Assembly: GCA_048213135.1 (NCBI GenBank)
Contig: PS015082.1
Span: 109,012-159,570 of the forward strand
Source of the DNA: Reclinomonas americana ATCC 50394
Taxonomy: Eukaryota
Length of the DNA stretch: 50,559 nucleotides
Direction of reading: 5' to 3'
In this document: positions 12,701 to 24,401 of the stretch, piece after piece
Layout: every line of letters starts with the position of its first letter
Numbering within the stretch: the first letter of the stretch is position 1
Notes under the pieces: generated by a model
Told to the model about the DNA's origin: nothing
Database searches by the model: none
The model's input: only the letters and a program-made list of their open reading frames with translations
Program-made: the position numbers and the translations under genes

Positions 12701-15582
12701 GCTTCCTCCCGCCTTGTTTCGTTGTCATTTTACTCATGTGCGCGTATCCAGCACGCGTGCTGAGTTACTGGTGCTTCAACGCCGGCATGGCCATGCGTGA
12801 GATCGCCGCCGAGCAGGTCCACTCGTTCATTCTCACCAGTGGAACACTGTCGCCAATGGAGTCGTTTGCGTTCGAGTTGTCACTGTTGCGTCGCACAGCG
12901 TGAGAGTAGAAGATGTGCACGGTTGATTGTCTGACTGAACACACTCTTCTTTTGCATGTGCAGCGAGTTTCCGGTGCGCTTGGAGAACCCGCATGTGGTC
13001 GATTTGTCGCATGTCTGTGTGATGACGTTGGAGAAGGGACCGGGCGGTCGCACACTCAACTCGTCGTACCAGAATCGCGACCGACCCGAGTACAAGGACG
13101 AACTCGGGGCCACTATTCGTTGCGTGGGTGAAAATACGTGGATGCTGCGATGGCCACTTCCCTTTGCTCAGTCGGTGTGTGCAGGCAATGTTGCGCGGGT
13201 TGTGCCCGACGGTCTGCTCGTGTTCTTCCCGTCGTATGTGGTGATGCAAAAGTGCATCGAGTGGTGGAAACTCGTGTCACACGAGTCGCCGACCTCACTG
13301 TGGGATCAGCTCGGTCGCTACAAGCGAGTTGCGTCCTCGTGTGCTCCACGCAGGCGGTGCGGTGACGGTCGTGCCTGACACAGAGTTTCATGGTCGCCCA
13401 GTGTCTGGTCGAGCCACGCGACAGCTCACAGCTCAGTTCGGTGGTGGAGGAGTATCAGGGTTGTTGCAACAGCGGCCAGGGTGCAATTTTCTTTGCCGTC
13501 TGTCGAGTGCGTCTACTTGTCGTGAGTGCAGCTGCGACGAGTCGGTGATATTGACGTGATCGTGTGCAGGGCAAGGTTAGCGAGGGTGTCGACTTTGCCG
13601 ATGCCCACGGGCGTGCCGTCATTGTCACCGGTCTGCCGTTTCCGTCGCTCACGGACCCTCGAGTTGTGTATCAATGTTGGTCCTTTGTTGATTTCCCACT
13701 CTGTGCTCATTGCTTCCTCCTCGCAGATCAAGCTGAAGAAGGAGTATTTGGATCAGTTGAGCAGTCGTGGCCGCGGGCACTCCTTGACCGGCGAAGAGTG
13801 GTACACGCAGCAGGCGACGCGCGCGGTGAATCAGGCCATTGGTCGTGTCATTCGCCATCGCAACGACTACGGTGCCATTCTGTTGTGCGACGAACGGTAA
13901 GCGGCAGTCAGTGTGTGGCTGTGTCATGCATGCGCTCATTCTGCGTGTGTGTGAAGCTTTACTCAACCGCGACAACACAACTCGCTGTCGGCATGGTTGC
14001 GGCCGCTGGTCAAGCGCGAGACAGAATTCGGGCGTGCGAATTACGAGTTGACACAATTCTTTAAGCGCATGAAGGAGCTGGCGCCCGAGGGCGCTGCCAA
14101 GCCATCGCGCGCCGGTACGTCTACATTTTGTGGATGATAAGGGAAGAGCGTGCACCAATTCATGTAAGTGTGTGTGCGCGCAGACGACGGCGACGACGGC
14201 GGCGGTTCTTCGTCGTCGGCGGTTCCGCAGCTGCGCGCTGGTGTGCGAGCTTCTGGCCTCCGTCGTTCAACATCGCTGGCGGCGAAGAAACCCGTCGAGG
14301 ACAGTGTGCTCTCCGTGTACGATGCACCCACTGCGTCCGACACGCTGGCGCCACCGCCGCCAGCCACCACTGCCTCTTTGTCGGCTTCACAAGCGGAAGA
14401 CGAGCAGCGGCGACAGCAGGCGCGCGCACACGCCAAGGCCCATCGACAGTTGGTGGCGGCTGGCAATCCACCACCGTCACTAGTGGACGAGGTGAGTGCT
14501 GCGTGCGATTCCCCCCTTGTCCCTTGTTGCTTTCTAAAGCGCAAGCACCGCAACAGACATCAGCTGCTGCTCCACGACTCCCACCTCCTCCTCCTCCTCC
14601 TCCCCTGTCTGTGCTCTCTTCAACAACGACAACAACTGGAAGCATTGGAGCGGATGTCGGTGCACCAAAGGGGCGTGTGGCTCTCTTGGACGAGTCATTG
14701 GATGCGGAGCCGGACGCCGTGGACCTGGCAATGGCCGCCGCCGACGACCCTTTCGCCGATGAATTGCGTGACATGGGCGTCGTGCTGCCGCCGGCGCGTG
14801 TGGCACCATCAGCACCAGCTCCAGCTCCCCCAGTCTTGTCACGGTCCACCTCCTCTGGATCAGCCATGAGCTTCCCCGAATCGCCCGTGTTGTTTGGGCC
14901 GCGGTCACACATTCCCGCACCTCCTCCACCACCACCACCACCACCACCACCGCCACCACCACCACCTGTGCTGCAGATGCCTGTGCCGTCGGCATCGACG
15001 GCTGCAGCGGCTGCGCCACCACCACCACCCGTCAAGGGACCCGGTAGTGTGGCGGAGGGCTTCTTGGAACAAGTGCGGCGTGCGCTGACTGCGGCCGAGT
15101 ATCAGGGCTTCCGGCGGACGCTGAAGAACGTGCGTGAGACGTGCGTACAAAAGGACGCACAAGGGGCGCTGGCACCACAGAAGCGGGAGGCGCGTGCGCA
15201 GGCCTTTGAGGCGCTCTTCTCCGACATTATCAACCTGCTCTCCACGCCGGCATCGCGGCGGCCGCTGCTGCAGGGCTTCGAGTCGTTTGTTCCAGGCGGA
15301 CAGCTGCCACGATGGAGGCAAATGGTGGCGGAACGCGAGCGCCGGGATGCCGTGTCCATGCCGCCGTCACCAGCTGCTGCTGCCATTGATGTCGACGCCG
15401 AGGATGTCGTCATGGCGGCGCCGATGCCAGTGAATCCGGCGCTGGGTGCCGCGGGCGCAGGACGCGGTCTCGCCTCGCTCTCCTTTGCGTCGCCTGCCGT
15501 CAGCCCAGAAAAGTCCAAGAGGAAGCGAGCCGGCATCGACCTCGTCACTGGCATGCCCGTGTACAAGCGGCCGAAGCAATAA
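9743..15582 (+). CDS. RTEL1: Regulator of telomere elongation helicase 1 (Fe-S DEAH helicase, Rad3/XPD family); ~20 exons
   Basis: [122 protein letters not shown]-terminal harmonin-N-like domain ([17 protein letters not shown]...[10 protein letters not shown]) favours RTEL1 over FANCJ. Confidence 0.92.
9961..10244 (+). repeat. Decayed copies of the RTEL1 intron-1 acceptor and exon-2 start
   Basis: cctcagGTGATTCAAGCATTTGCACAAGAACGCACCGTTGGA (9961) and ATCCAAGCCCTTGAGCACCGCAAGAACACATTGTTGGA (~10203) versus the real exon at 10343. Confidence 0.85.
10691..10977 (+). repeat. Direct duplication of ~70-100 bp inside an RTEL1 intron
   Basis: cacgattcacactgtgc(c/t)gttcatgtcggtctcct occurs at ~10755 and ~10943. 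Confidence 0.8.
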
Positions 15583-15967
15583 TGAATCACGAATATCTAC
15601 TAGATGTAATCAAGAGAAGAGGGCAGCTGCATGATCGTTCCGGTCAGGCTGTACGTGCTCCTCAGCTCTCTCGCACGTATTATTTCACGCTCCTCCTCCG
15701 TTGCATCCGCTTCTCTTCTCCTCGTCCCACTCGTCAGTAGTTGTTGTTTTGTTGGTCTCGCCGCGCGCGCGCTCTCTCTCTCTCTCACACACACACTCTC
15801 CATCCTGAGAAACTAATCGTGAAACTCCTTTTCTTATTCTTGAGGTTGTTGGATTTTTACAGCGATAACAATCAGTCATTGTGCTCGGAGTGTTCGGGAA
15901 AAAACGTACAAGGGGTAGTCGGCAGTTGCTGCCGGTGTTGGTGGCCGAGGCGCGGCGGCGCCGCGGG

Positions 15968-16562
15968 TTAGTAGTGCTCACCTTCGGCGCCGGCGCCACG
16001 GAAGCTCATGGTGCGTGGTGCCACGTCGGAGAAACGCTTCATCTTGAAGAGCGGACCGGGTGGGTTCAACAGGTGCGGGTCCAGCTGCTTGCGATTCTCG
16101 AGGCTGCGCAGAATGTTGGCCTTGGTGTCCGAGGGACGGAAGCGATCGCGCCGTGGTGATGTGCCGCTCAGGTCCAGCGCGGCCGTGGCGCGTCGGGGTG
16201 ATGTCTGAAAGAGGGAGAAGGAGGAGAAGGAGAAGAGTGAGTGAGTGAGAGAAGAGAGAGAGAGTTGAATGATCTAATACAGGCAAGTGAACCAATAGCG
16301 CAGGGAGAAAAGAGACGGGATGCATGAAGGAGAATTTGATGGAGCAACAGGCGGTGATAAAGAGGAAGGAGAAGAACAAGATACACAGACACGAGAGAGA
16401 GAGAGAGAATTTGGAAATCAAGACACCGCAGGGAGAAAAGAGCATAAGTAGCGTCATGCATGAAGGAGAATTTGATGGAGCAATAGGCGGTGATGAGAGG
16501 AAGGAGAAGAACACAAACACAGAGGCATCAGAGTCAATCCCACAAATAACAGAGGCAAGAAA

Positions 16563-16593
<31 letters not shown>

Positions 16594-18046
16594 AGAAGAG
16601 AGAAGAGAAGAGAGGAGAGAGCAAGAGAGAAGAGAATAGAGAGAGAGAGAGAGAGAGAGAGAGTTGGCTGATCTGATGAGAAGAGGCACGTGAACCAGCA
16701 CCACGGGAGAAAAGAGCATAAGAAGGCGTGATGAATGAAGGAGAAGTTGATGCGGCAACAAATACATAGACACCAAAGAAACAAACTCACAAAAAGAACA
16801 GGGCAAGAGAGAGAAAGAGAGACGAGAGAGAGAGAGAGAAACACAGATACAGAAGCGTTTCAGCAGCGACAACCAACGCACCACCGGCGAGTTCACAGCC
16901 TTTTGCTGTGCTTGCAGCTGGCGCTGCTGCTCCAGCAGCCACTCGTACTGATACGAGCCGTGCACCACATCGTCAATGGGTGTCTGCGGGCGGTTCTTGA
17001 CGCCGAACGTGATGCCGGGAGGCGCGGCCGCCGAGCGCGCTGAGCCGCTGGAGCGCTTCTGCGGGATGCGCGTGCGGATATCGTGTGTGGTGATGAAGCG
17101 ATTGGCCTCGGCATTCGACGAGATGCCCTCCTTGACCAGACGCCGATTCAGCGCCTTGTAGTCCTTGACGGCCGACACGCGCGGTGGCAAGTGATCGTCG
17201 CTGCTGTCGCCCACTGTTGTCGCGCCGCCCCACTGCATGCTGTCCTTGACGCCGCCGGTGGAGACCTTTGGCGGATGGCCGTACGCAAAGCTCTCCGCCG
17301 GCAGATCGTGAATGGGGCGACGCGCGCGACCGACCTCCGACTCGATCAGCACGTAGTTGGCGTGGGAGTTCTGCACGACGCACAGCATGAGTGGGAGAGG
17401 AATAAGAGAGGGAAGGGGGAGAGGGAGAGAAGGAGAGGGAGAGAAGGAGAGGGAGAAGGAGAGGGAGAAGGAGAGGGAGAAGGAGAGGGAGAAGGAGAGA
17501 GAATGGCCTCACCTCGCCCTTGCTAATGGATCCGCCGCGTGCCGAGTCGACCAGTGCCGTCATGAGTGAGTGCATATCGATATCTGTGTTTGTTGCGCGA
17601 AAAGCGTGTGAGTGACTGCAGTTCGGCGGCGCTCACTCTCTCTTTCTTCATTGACTCACCCTCAATAGCAGCTTTGTGATTCACACGCTTGGCATGCTCC
17701 ACTGCACTGGTCACCTGCACACACATTGATATGAGTCGATCAACGACGCGTGCCTCTCTCTCTCTCTCTCTCTTTGTGTGACCTTTTCGAGTGCCTCCGC
17801 ATCCTGCTCCGGAGGAAACGTAAAGTTGGTGTGGCGACGCAGAAAGGCGCGCAGTTGCGTCCATATGCGCGCGGGTGTCTCGGTCAGGGTGACGCCCTGG
17901 AGAGCCTCGCGTGCGCCTGATATCAGAGAGAGTGAAAAGCGCGGTCAGCAGAGGACGACGTGCAGACACAGAGCGAGAGAGAAGGAGAGGGAACCTGCGG
18001 CGAGGAGGTTGATTCGTGTGCCACCACGCTTGGTTGTGCTTGCCAT
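15968..18046 (-). CDS. CFAP77: Cilia/flagella-associated protein 77 (DUF4483), with an N-terminal extension; ~6 exons
   Basis: NYVLIESEVGRARRPIHDLPAESFAYG...GGVKDSMQW...KDYKALNRRLVKEGI...DIR...PPGITFGVKNRPQTPIDDVVHGSYQYEW, and last exon ...DTKANILR...LFKMKRFSDV. Upstream exons splice in frame from ATG 18046. Confidence 0.85.
16280..16772. repeat. Three diverged ~100-bp direct repeats in the last CFAP77 intron, mixed with (GA)n
   Basis: gggagaaaagag...atgaaggagaa(t/g)ttgatg at ~16303, ~16431 and ~16705. Confidence 0.8.
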
Positions 18047-19300
18047 CGTGTGCTGTGTTGTGCTTGGCTCACTGGTGGTCGTTGGCAACGGCTGATGGGC
18101 GGTGGTGACACTCGGTGGATGCGGGCGGTGTCATTTATTGCTTTTGATATTCACAGCGGCACGTCTCGAACAGTTGTGCGTTTTCAATGTGTGGATGTGG
18201 TTGGAGAAGACTGCGTGTGGAATGCCTTCGGTCGTGAATTTCGGATTCGATGGGCAGCTGCGCAAAATGCATTGATATTGATTGATAACGGATCGTCTGT
18301 GCTTTTGTCGACTTGTGCACAAGGTCAACAGAAGAAGGGTAGACGACGGTGCTGCAAAGGAGCGGGCAGATGCATGTCATGCATTCATGCATGAGTTGCC
18401 AGTATTGCAGACGGGTCGAGTGCGCAGTTGCACAACACCAACTCTAGACAGCTGTTGCTTGTTTGTTGGTGAATGAATTGTTGTTGTTGTTCACCAGCAA
18501 CTCCAGCAACAGTTACCATCTTGATGACCGTGCTCAACCATATCCAAACACCAGTCATACGGAAGCGGTAGGTTTGTGAACTTCGAACAAGTCGACAACT
18601 GCAATATTCAACAGAAAGCGTGGTTGAACAACGAGCTTGACGAGCTTGCATACCACGCACGTACTCACACACCGTGTACACATGCGATCGTGCACGGTAC
18701 GTCACATCTTTGGGAAAGGGCCAGAGCCGAGTCGACTTTAGTCCAGTTCGAGACGCAGTACTGCCAATAGTGGATATCAGAGGCGTCACCTTGGTGCGCC
18801 GTGCATACATGCAACTGCAACGCGAGCGATCGATGGGTTAGAAAGTGGTGTATATATACAGGGGAGGCGAGCTCTCTTGCCATCAAAAAGACGCCAAACG
18901 ATTGTTGATTGTCCTCAAAATTTTGAAAACCAATCGGAATTGCAAAGCGTTATCGCTGTCTTTCTCTTCACGGTGAGCACTCACCACCAGCCCACTCTCA
19001 TATTTTTCTCCGTGTCTTTTTCTCTCTCTCTCTCTTCCTTGCTTTCCTTCTCTCTCACTCTTCCTCTTCACCGCATCTACCACGCTTGCGCATTCCCAGT
19101 GTTGGTTTTCCACATTCACATTGTGTGTTTTGATTTTTCGCGCGCTCTCTATTCATGAGCACACGCCCTATCCACAAACTGCATTGCTGTGCTTCTTGTC
19201 TCGTCCCCCCCACCCGCTCACACACGCAATGCGTGGCGCGGCACGCAGCCAACTCATCACTTGGTGTTCGAAATTCTTGTGTTGCGCGCGCAGGGACAAC

Positions 19301-22300
19301 ATGGCCGACCTCACTCTCCTCCGCTCCACCGCGCTGCTGTGCCTCGTCACACTGCTGTCGCTGGCGGTGCTTTGCAGCACTGCAGGAGCCGCAAGTGAGT
19401 TCACACACCCACCCACACACACCACGCAACATCAGGTCGTTGCCATTTTTGCAATTGTGCACCTTGTTCGCATTTGGATTCGTAACGGTGCTTTTGCTCA
19501 ATATCCCCACTCTTTCTCTCTGTCTTCCTGCCTACCTCCCATGCCATCCTCTGGATGTCACATTCTTTCCCTCTTTTTTTTCTTTTCCCTTTTTGCGCGC
19601 CAAAGAAGACCGTTGCAACTCATTTTTTCGCGCGCTAATATATCGTTCATTCCAGTCGTCTCTCCGAGCAACATCGCCATCAAAGCCGGCACCGCTGGTC
19701 AGATCGTCGACATCAATGTCAGTGGCTCGGCCATTGCCTGGTCGACTGCCTCCACCGCCACTCTCTTCCTCGATCGCTCGTGCACGGGCGTGTCGCCGAC
19801 CACTGTCGTCAACTCCAACGCTGCTGCCTCGCTCACCTTCAGTGCGTCGGGTGATGGCAATGGTGGTGAGCGCTACCTGTGCATCGACGTGGACGGTGCG
19901 GGTACGGCCGCCCGCAACGAGTTCGCAGCCACAGTGTTTGTCTGTTGCGTGCATTCTCCTCATGATTGAATCAATCATCGCTCCCTCTTTGACTCCCCCA
20001 TCCTCCCTCCCACCACCCAGACACCCTTGGTTCGCAAAACAAGTCGCCGCAGCTGGTCAATGGTCTCGCCGACTTCCGGCTGACGGTGGCTGGCCAGTAC
20101 TTTGCCAATCGTCAACTGGGTGCTGGTGGCTCGTTTGGCCTGTACGCGGCCGCAGACTGCAGCGGCGCGGCGGCACCGAACTCCAGTGCCGCTGTGCGGA
20201 CTAGCGATCCCTCTGGCCAGTACGTTGACTTCTCGGTGGCCACTGGCGCTTCGTTTGGGCAGGGCGCTCTCGGCGTGACGGCAACCGGGTCGTGCACACT
20301 GGCGACGCCGGGCGTGTACTATCTGTGTGGCAAGTTGCGTTGATGGGCAGGGAGGGAGGGAGGGAGAGAGAGAGAGACTTTTGGTGCACTGTCGATGTTC
20401 CGTTCTGAGTGAGCTTGCACTCGCCTCCACTCGTGAGCTACTAAAGTCTCTTCTCCCTCTGTCTGTCTCTTTCTCTCTCTCTCCCTCCCTTTCCCCTCCC
20501 CTCCCCCCATCTCTCTCACTCTCTTTGCTCTTCCCCCCTACCAGATTCCAGGCCGGCGGCACCGCTGTGTACCGCCTGCATCCACTCCCGCTCTTCGTGA
20601 CTGCCGCCTCATCGACGCCGGTGATCTCCTTTGCCGCTCCGCCCGTGCTCAAGTACGGCAGCGCCAATGCGATTGTGATTGGCTCCTCTGCCGAGAACCT
20701 CACCGACTGCACGAGCTTCAAGCTGGTGCCGGCCGGCGTCGACTGCTCCACTCTGTCGGACTACTCCACGCTGACGGGCAGTGTGGGCGCGGTGTTCGTG
20801 CGCGGTGGCGCCGACACCTGCAAGTTCGCGACTGGCTGCCGCTTGTTCCGCGCTACCATCACGCCGAACGGGTCGAGTGGTGGCGGCGCGTACAAGTTGT
20901 GCATGGCGGCGAACAACGGACTGTACGTGTCGGCGGAGGAGTCGTTCGCCTCCGGCTTTATGACGGATGGTGGCCTCAGTCCGAGCGGCCCGATGCCCAT
21001 GTCGGCTCCGCTGGCCACCGACGATGTCGGCGCCACCAAGCCGAGCATGTCGACACTGGCTGTGACAACCAGCACGATCCAGTTCACGTTTGCTCGCGAG
21101 TTCTTCCGCCGTCCGCGCGTGTTGCTCGGCTTTGCCAGTGTCGGCAGTCAGAATTCCACTCTTCCGATTTCAACTCTGGCCAACGAGCCGACTGACGGCA
21201 CGTTTGCTTTCTGCGCGGAACCGGTGGTGACGGTGGCCAGGCTGTCGACACGCTGCTATGGCGTGTCGACGGACGGCCAGCCGGGACCCACCATTACACT
21301 GAGTTGCGTTCACTAGTGCGGTGAGACGTGTGAGGGAGAAGTGTAACTCAACTTCTCTCTGCCTACAGGCTACCTGGCGTACTATGTGCATCAGACGAAT
21401 GCGCTGTCGATGGACGGTCAGCGCACGCTGACGAGCAAGGCGTGGGTGACAGATGCAGTGAACAAGAACAGCTCGACTGTTGCGTGTTTTTTGTGTGAAC
21501 CCTCACCCCTATGTGCCAACTCCTCATTGTCGTCCACTTGAGCACAGTTGGTGAGCGTTTCATCCGCGTACCAATTTGCGTCGGTACCGGCCATTCCCGT
21601 GGCCGTCATTGGTGTGCTGTCGATGCGGCAGTCGGCTAAAGGCGTCGATGGACGCGTGCGCGGCGACAACTTTGCGGTGACAAGCAACTCAGCCTCGCGC
21701 ACCAGTTTCGTCATCAAGGGCACGGTGAGCGGCGACTCACGCGTCGAGGCGGTGTCTGCACGCTTTGCTGTGGCACCGACGCGCCCCGACAACACCAACA
21801 ACAGCGGATTTGTCATGCTGTCGGGTGGTGCGTTTGTCTCTCCCCCCGTCTGCTGTGGAGCGTATTGTCTCAATACCTGACCCCGTTCGTGTAACGCAGA
21901 GACGACCCACCCCGGTAGTGCGACGACACAGACAGTGAGTCTGGTGACTCCGTCGACTCCCAACGGCCTGCTGCGTGCCACCATCGGGACCCAGCTGTTC
22001 CTGCGTGGCTGGAAGACGTCGGCTGTCGTCGTGCAGAACCGTGTCGACCTGCAATCGGTGCAGTTTATCACGAAGCGCCTTGGCAACGAGGACTATGTGA
22101 CGGCGATCTCGTACAACGCCAGCGGGACGGACGCGTCGGACATTGTGTACGTGACGTGGGTGGCGATTGGTCGTGCGACACAGGGCGCGCCGATCTCGTG
22201 CCCTGCCGGCTACAGCGGCTCCAACTGCGGCGTGTGCACACTGCCCGACGGTGCCACGACGTGCTCGCTGAACCATCGTGCGGTGCTGAGCTGTGCGTAT

Positions 22301-23082
22301 GGCACCACTCAGATTGTTGCTGAGTGTTCCGAGGGCCGTGAGTGCTTTGAGGCGTACGGTACGGCGCAGTGTGCCTGTGCGGCTGATGGCGCCAGTTGCT
22401 CGAGCGGTGGCCAATGCTGCAGTGGTGACTGCAATAGTAGTGGAATTTGCGCGCCAATTTGTACAGTTGGCGGGACTGGTGACATGTGCTCTTCCTCGTC
22501 CGAATGCTGCAGTGGCCTCTTTTGCGTCTACTCGGCATGCAGTGCCACCTGCGGTGCTGAAGGCAATGGCTGCACGAGCGATGGGGATTGCTGTTCGGGC
22601 AATTGTGATTTGGTTCACGGTGGATGGTGCGCGCCAATTTGTGTTGNNNNNNNNNNNNNNNNNNNNTTGGTGCCCTTGGAGACACGTGCTCTGTTCCGGC
22701 GGACTGCTGCAGTGGTTTCTGTGTCGGGCAGTCTTGTGCGGCGACACTTGGTGCCAACGGTGCGGGCTGCGACTTCGGCACCGAATGCGAATCTACTTTT
22801 TGTGTTTACGGCAGCTGTAGGGCTGCTTGCCTCGTTGATGGACTCGGTTGCGCATTGCAGGGCGATTGCTGTTCGCAACTGTGTGACAACTACGTCTGTT
22901 ATACAGACTGTGGCAAGTACTCAAACGGCCAATCATGCTCGAATGGTTCTGATTGCTGCAGTGGTTTTTGTGTCAGCGGTGCTTGCTCATTGGCTTGTGG
23001 TGGACAGTCTGATGGGTGCACATCCGACAGTGATTGTTGCTCCAATGTTTGTAACTTGACAAGCCAGTGCGATCCCAGTTGA
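19301..23082 (+). CDS. Large secreted protein: signal peptide, beta-rich modules, ~3 H-type-lectin-like domains, an EGF-like motif, and ~8 tandem cystine-knot-like repeats
   Basis: MADLTLLRSTALLCLVTLLSLAVLCSTAGAA signal; IQFTFAREFFRRPRVLLGF...ITLSYLA; VYVTWVAIG; CPAGYSGSNC; repeated GxxCx5CCSGxC units from 22370 to 23080. A small N-gap at ~22647-22666 interrupts the repeats. Confidence 0.75.
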
Positions 23083-23832
23083 GAATGAGAAGGGTTACTC
23101 GCGTGCACCTGCTTTCACCTGTGCTGCGGTGACTTCTGCCTCTCATCTGTCTGTTTTTCTCTTCGTTTTCCTGGGTGTGGCGATCGCCCAGTTTTCCTTC
23201 CCCTTCTTCAAATTTGTCCCCTCTACGTCAAGCTCCTGAGTTATGAATGAACGCTTGGCAGTTTGAATAACAACACGAAGATCACAATGGTCGACAGCTG
23301 CACTCCATCTGCCGCAGTCAATCATCACCGGCTACCGATGCCACGAGCTTTGTAGCGTGAAAAAATTCATTCGACTTGTACATTTCAAAACCATTTGTTG
23401 GACCTGACGGTCTGCGCAGACTCGCTAATCTTCTGTTGTTGTTGTTTCACACAAAATAGTGATTATCATGCAGCTATGTTGCTGATGAGATTAGGAAAGT
23501 TGTTGTTGTCATGCACAATATCGAAATCTTGATCGACATTGCGCGAATATTCCAATCAATGCCCGCAGGCCAGCGTCTCTCTGCGCGTGGCAGAAGCATA
23601 CCCTTCTCGTACTTGCAGATCTCTCTCCTTCACCCGACGTCGAATATCACCAGTTTCGACGTCGCGTCATGACACGAAAACCGGACACACGCGCGCCGCT
23701 CAAAAAAATCATCACAAAGGGAGAGAGAGAGGAAGAGAGAGAGAGAGAGGAGGACCAGAGGCGGTGGGCTGTGCGAGCCTTTCCCCAGTAGACGCTCTTT
23801 GCTTTTACACAACAGAGAGCAGGCAAAAGAGA

Positions 23833-24370
23833 ATGGCACACGTGCGTCGCCACAGCGGCAACAGCAGCAGCAGTGATCGATATCGCGTGTACGATGGAGG
23901 AGGAGGAGGAGGCACAGGCAACAGGAGAAGAACAGCAGATGTGGAGACTGACTCTGGTGGAGGAGGAGGTGGAGGAGGAGAGGAGGAGGAAGACGATGAG
24001 CATTCTGTCATGTCGTCAGTGTCGGCTGTGTCTTCGTCGTCGACGGCGTCGGGTGCGGCCGCGGCAATGAGTGTGCGAGAGGCGCTGACGATCATGGCGT
24101 CGGCGGATGCGGAGGAGCGTGTAAAGCAGTTCTTTGCGAAAGTCAGGAACTTGAGGTGAGAGTGCGAGGGAGGAGAGAGAGGGAGAGATGAGAGAGTATA
24201 GCACACACTCTGCTCTTCTCCCCCTGTCTCTCCCTCCCTCCCTCTCTCTTTCTCTCTCCCTGTCTCTCTCTCTCTCTCACGCACAACACACAATCTAATG
24301 AATTGCTCCATCAGACTCTCTTCTCTTCCTGTTCTTCTCTCTCACACCTCTTCCCCTCGTACTCCCCTTC

Positions 24371-24401
<31 letters not shown>

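Noticed and set aside
18130-18890. Lower-GC stretch with short ORFs and possible splice signals on the minus strand
   Set aside because: No recognisable protein or consistent exon chain. It could be a small gene or intergenic DNA.
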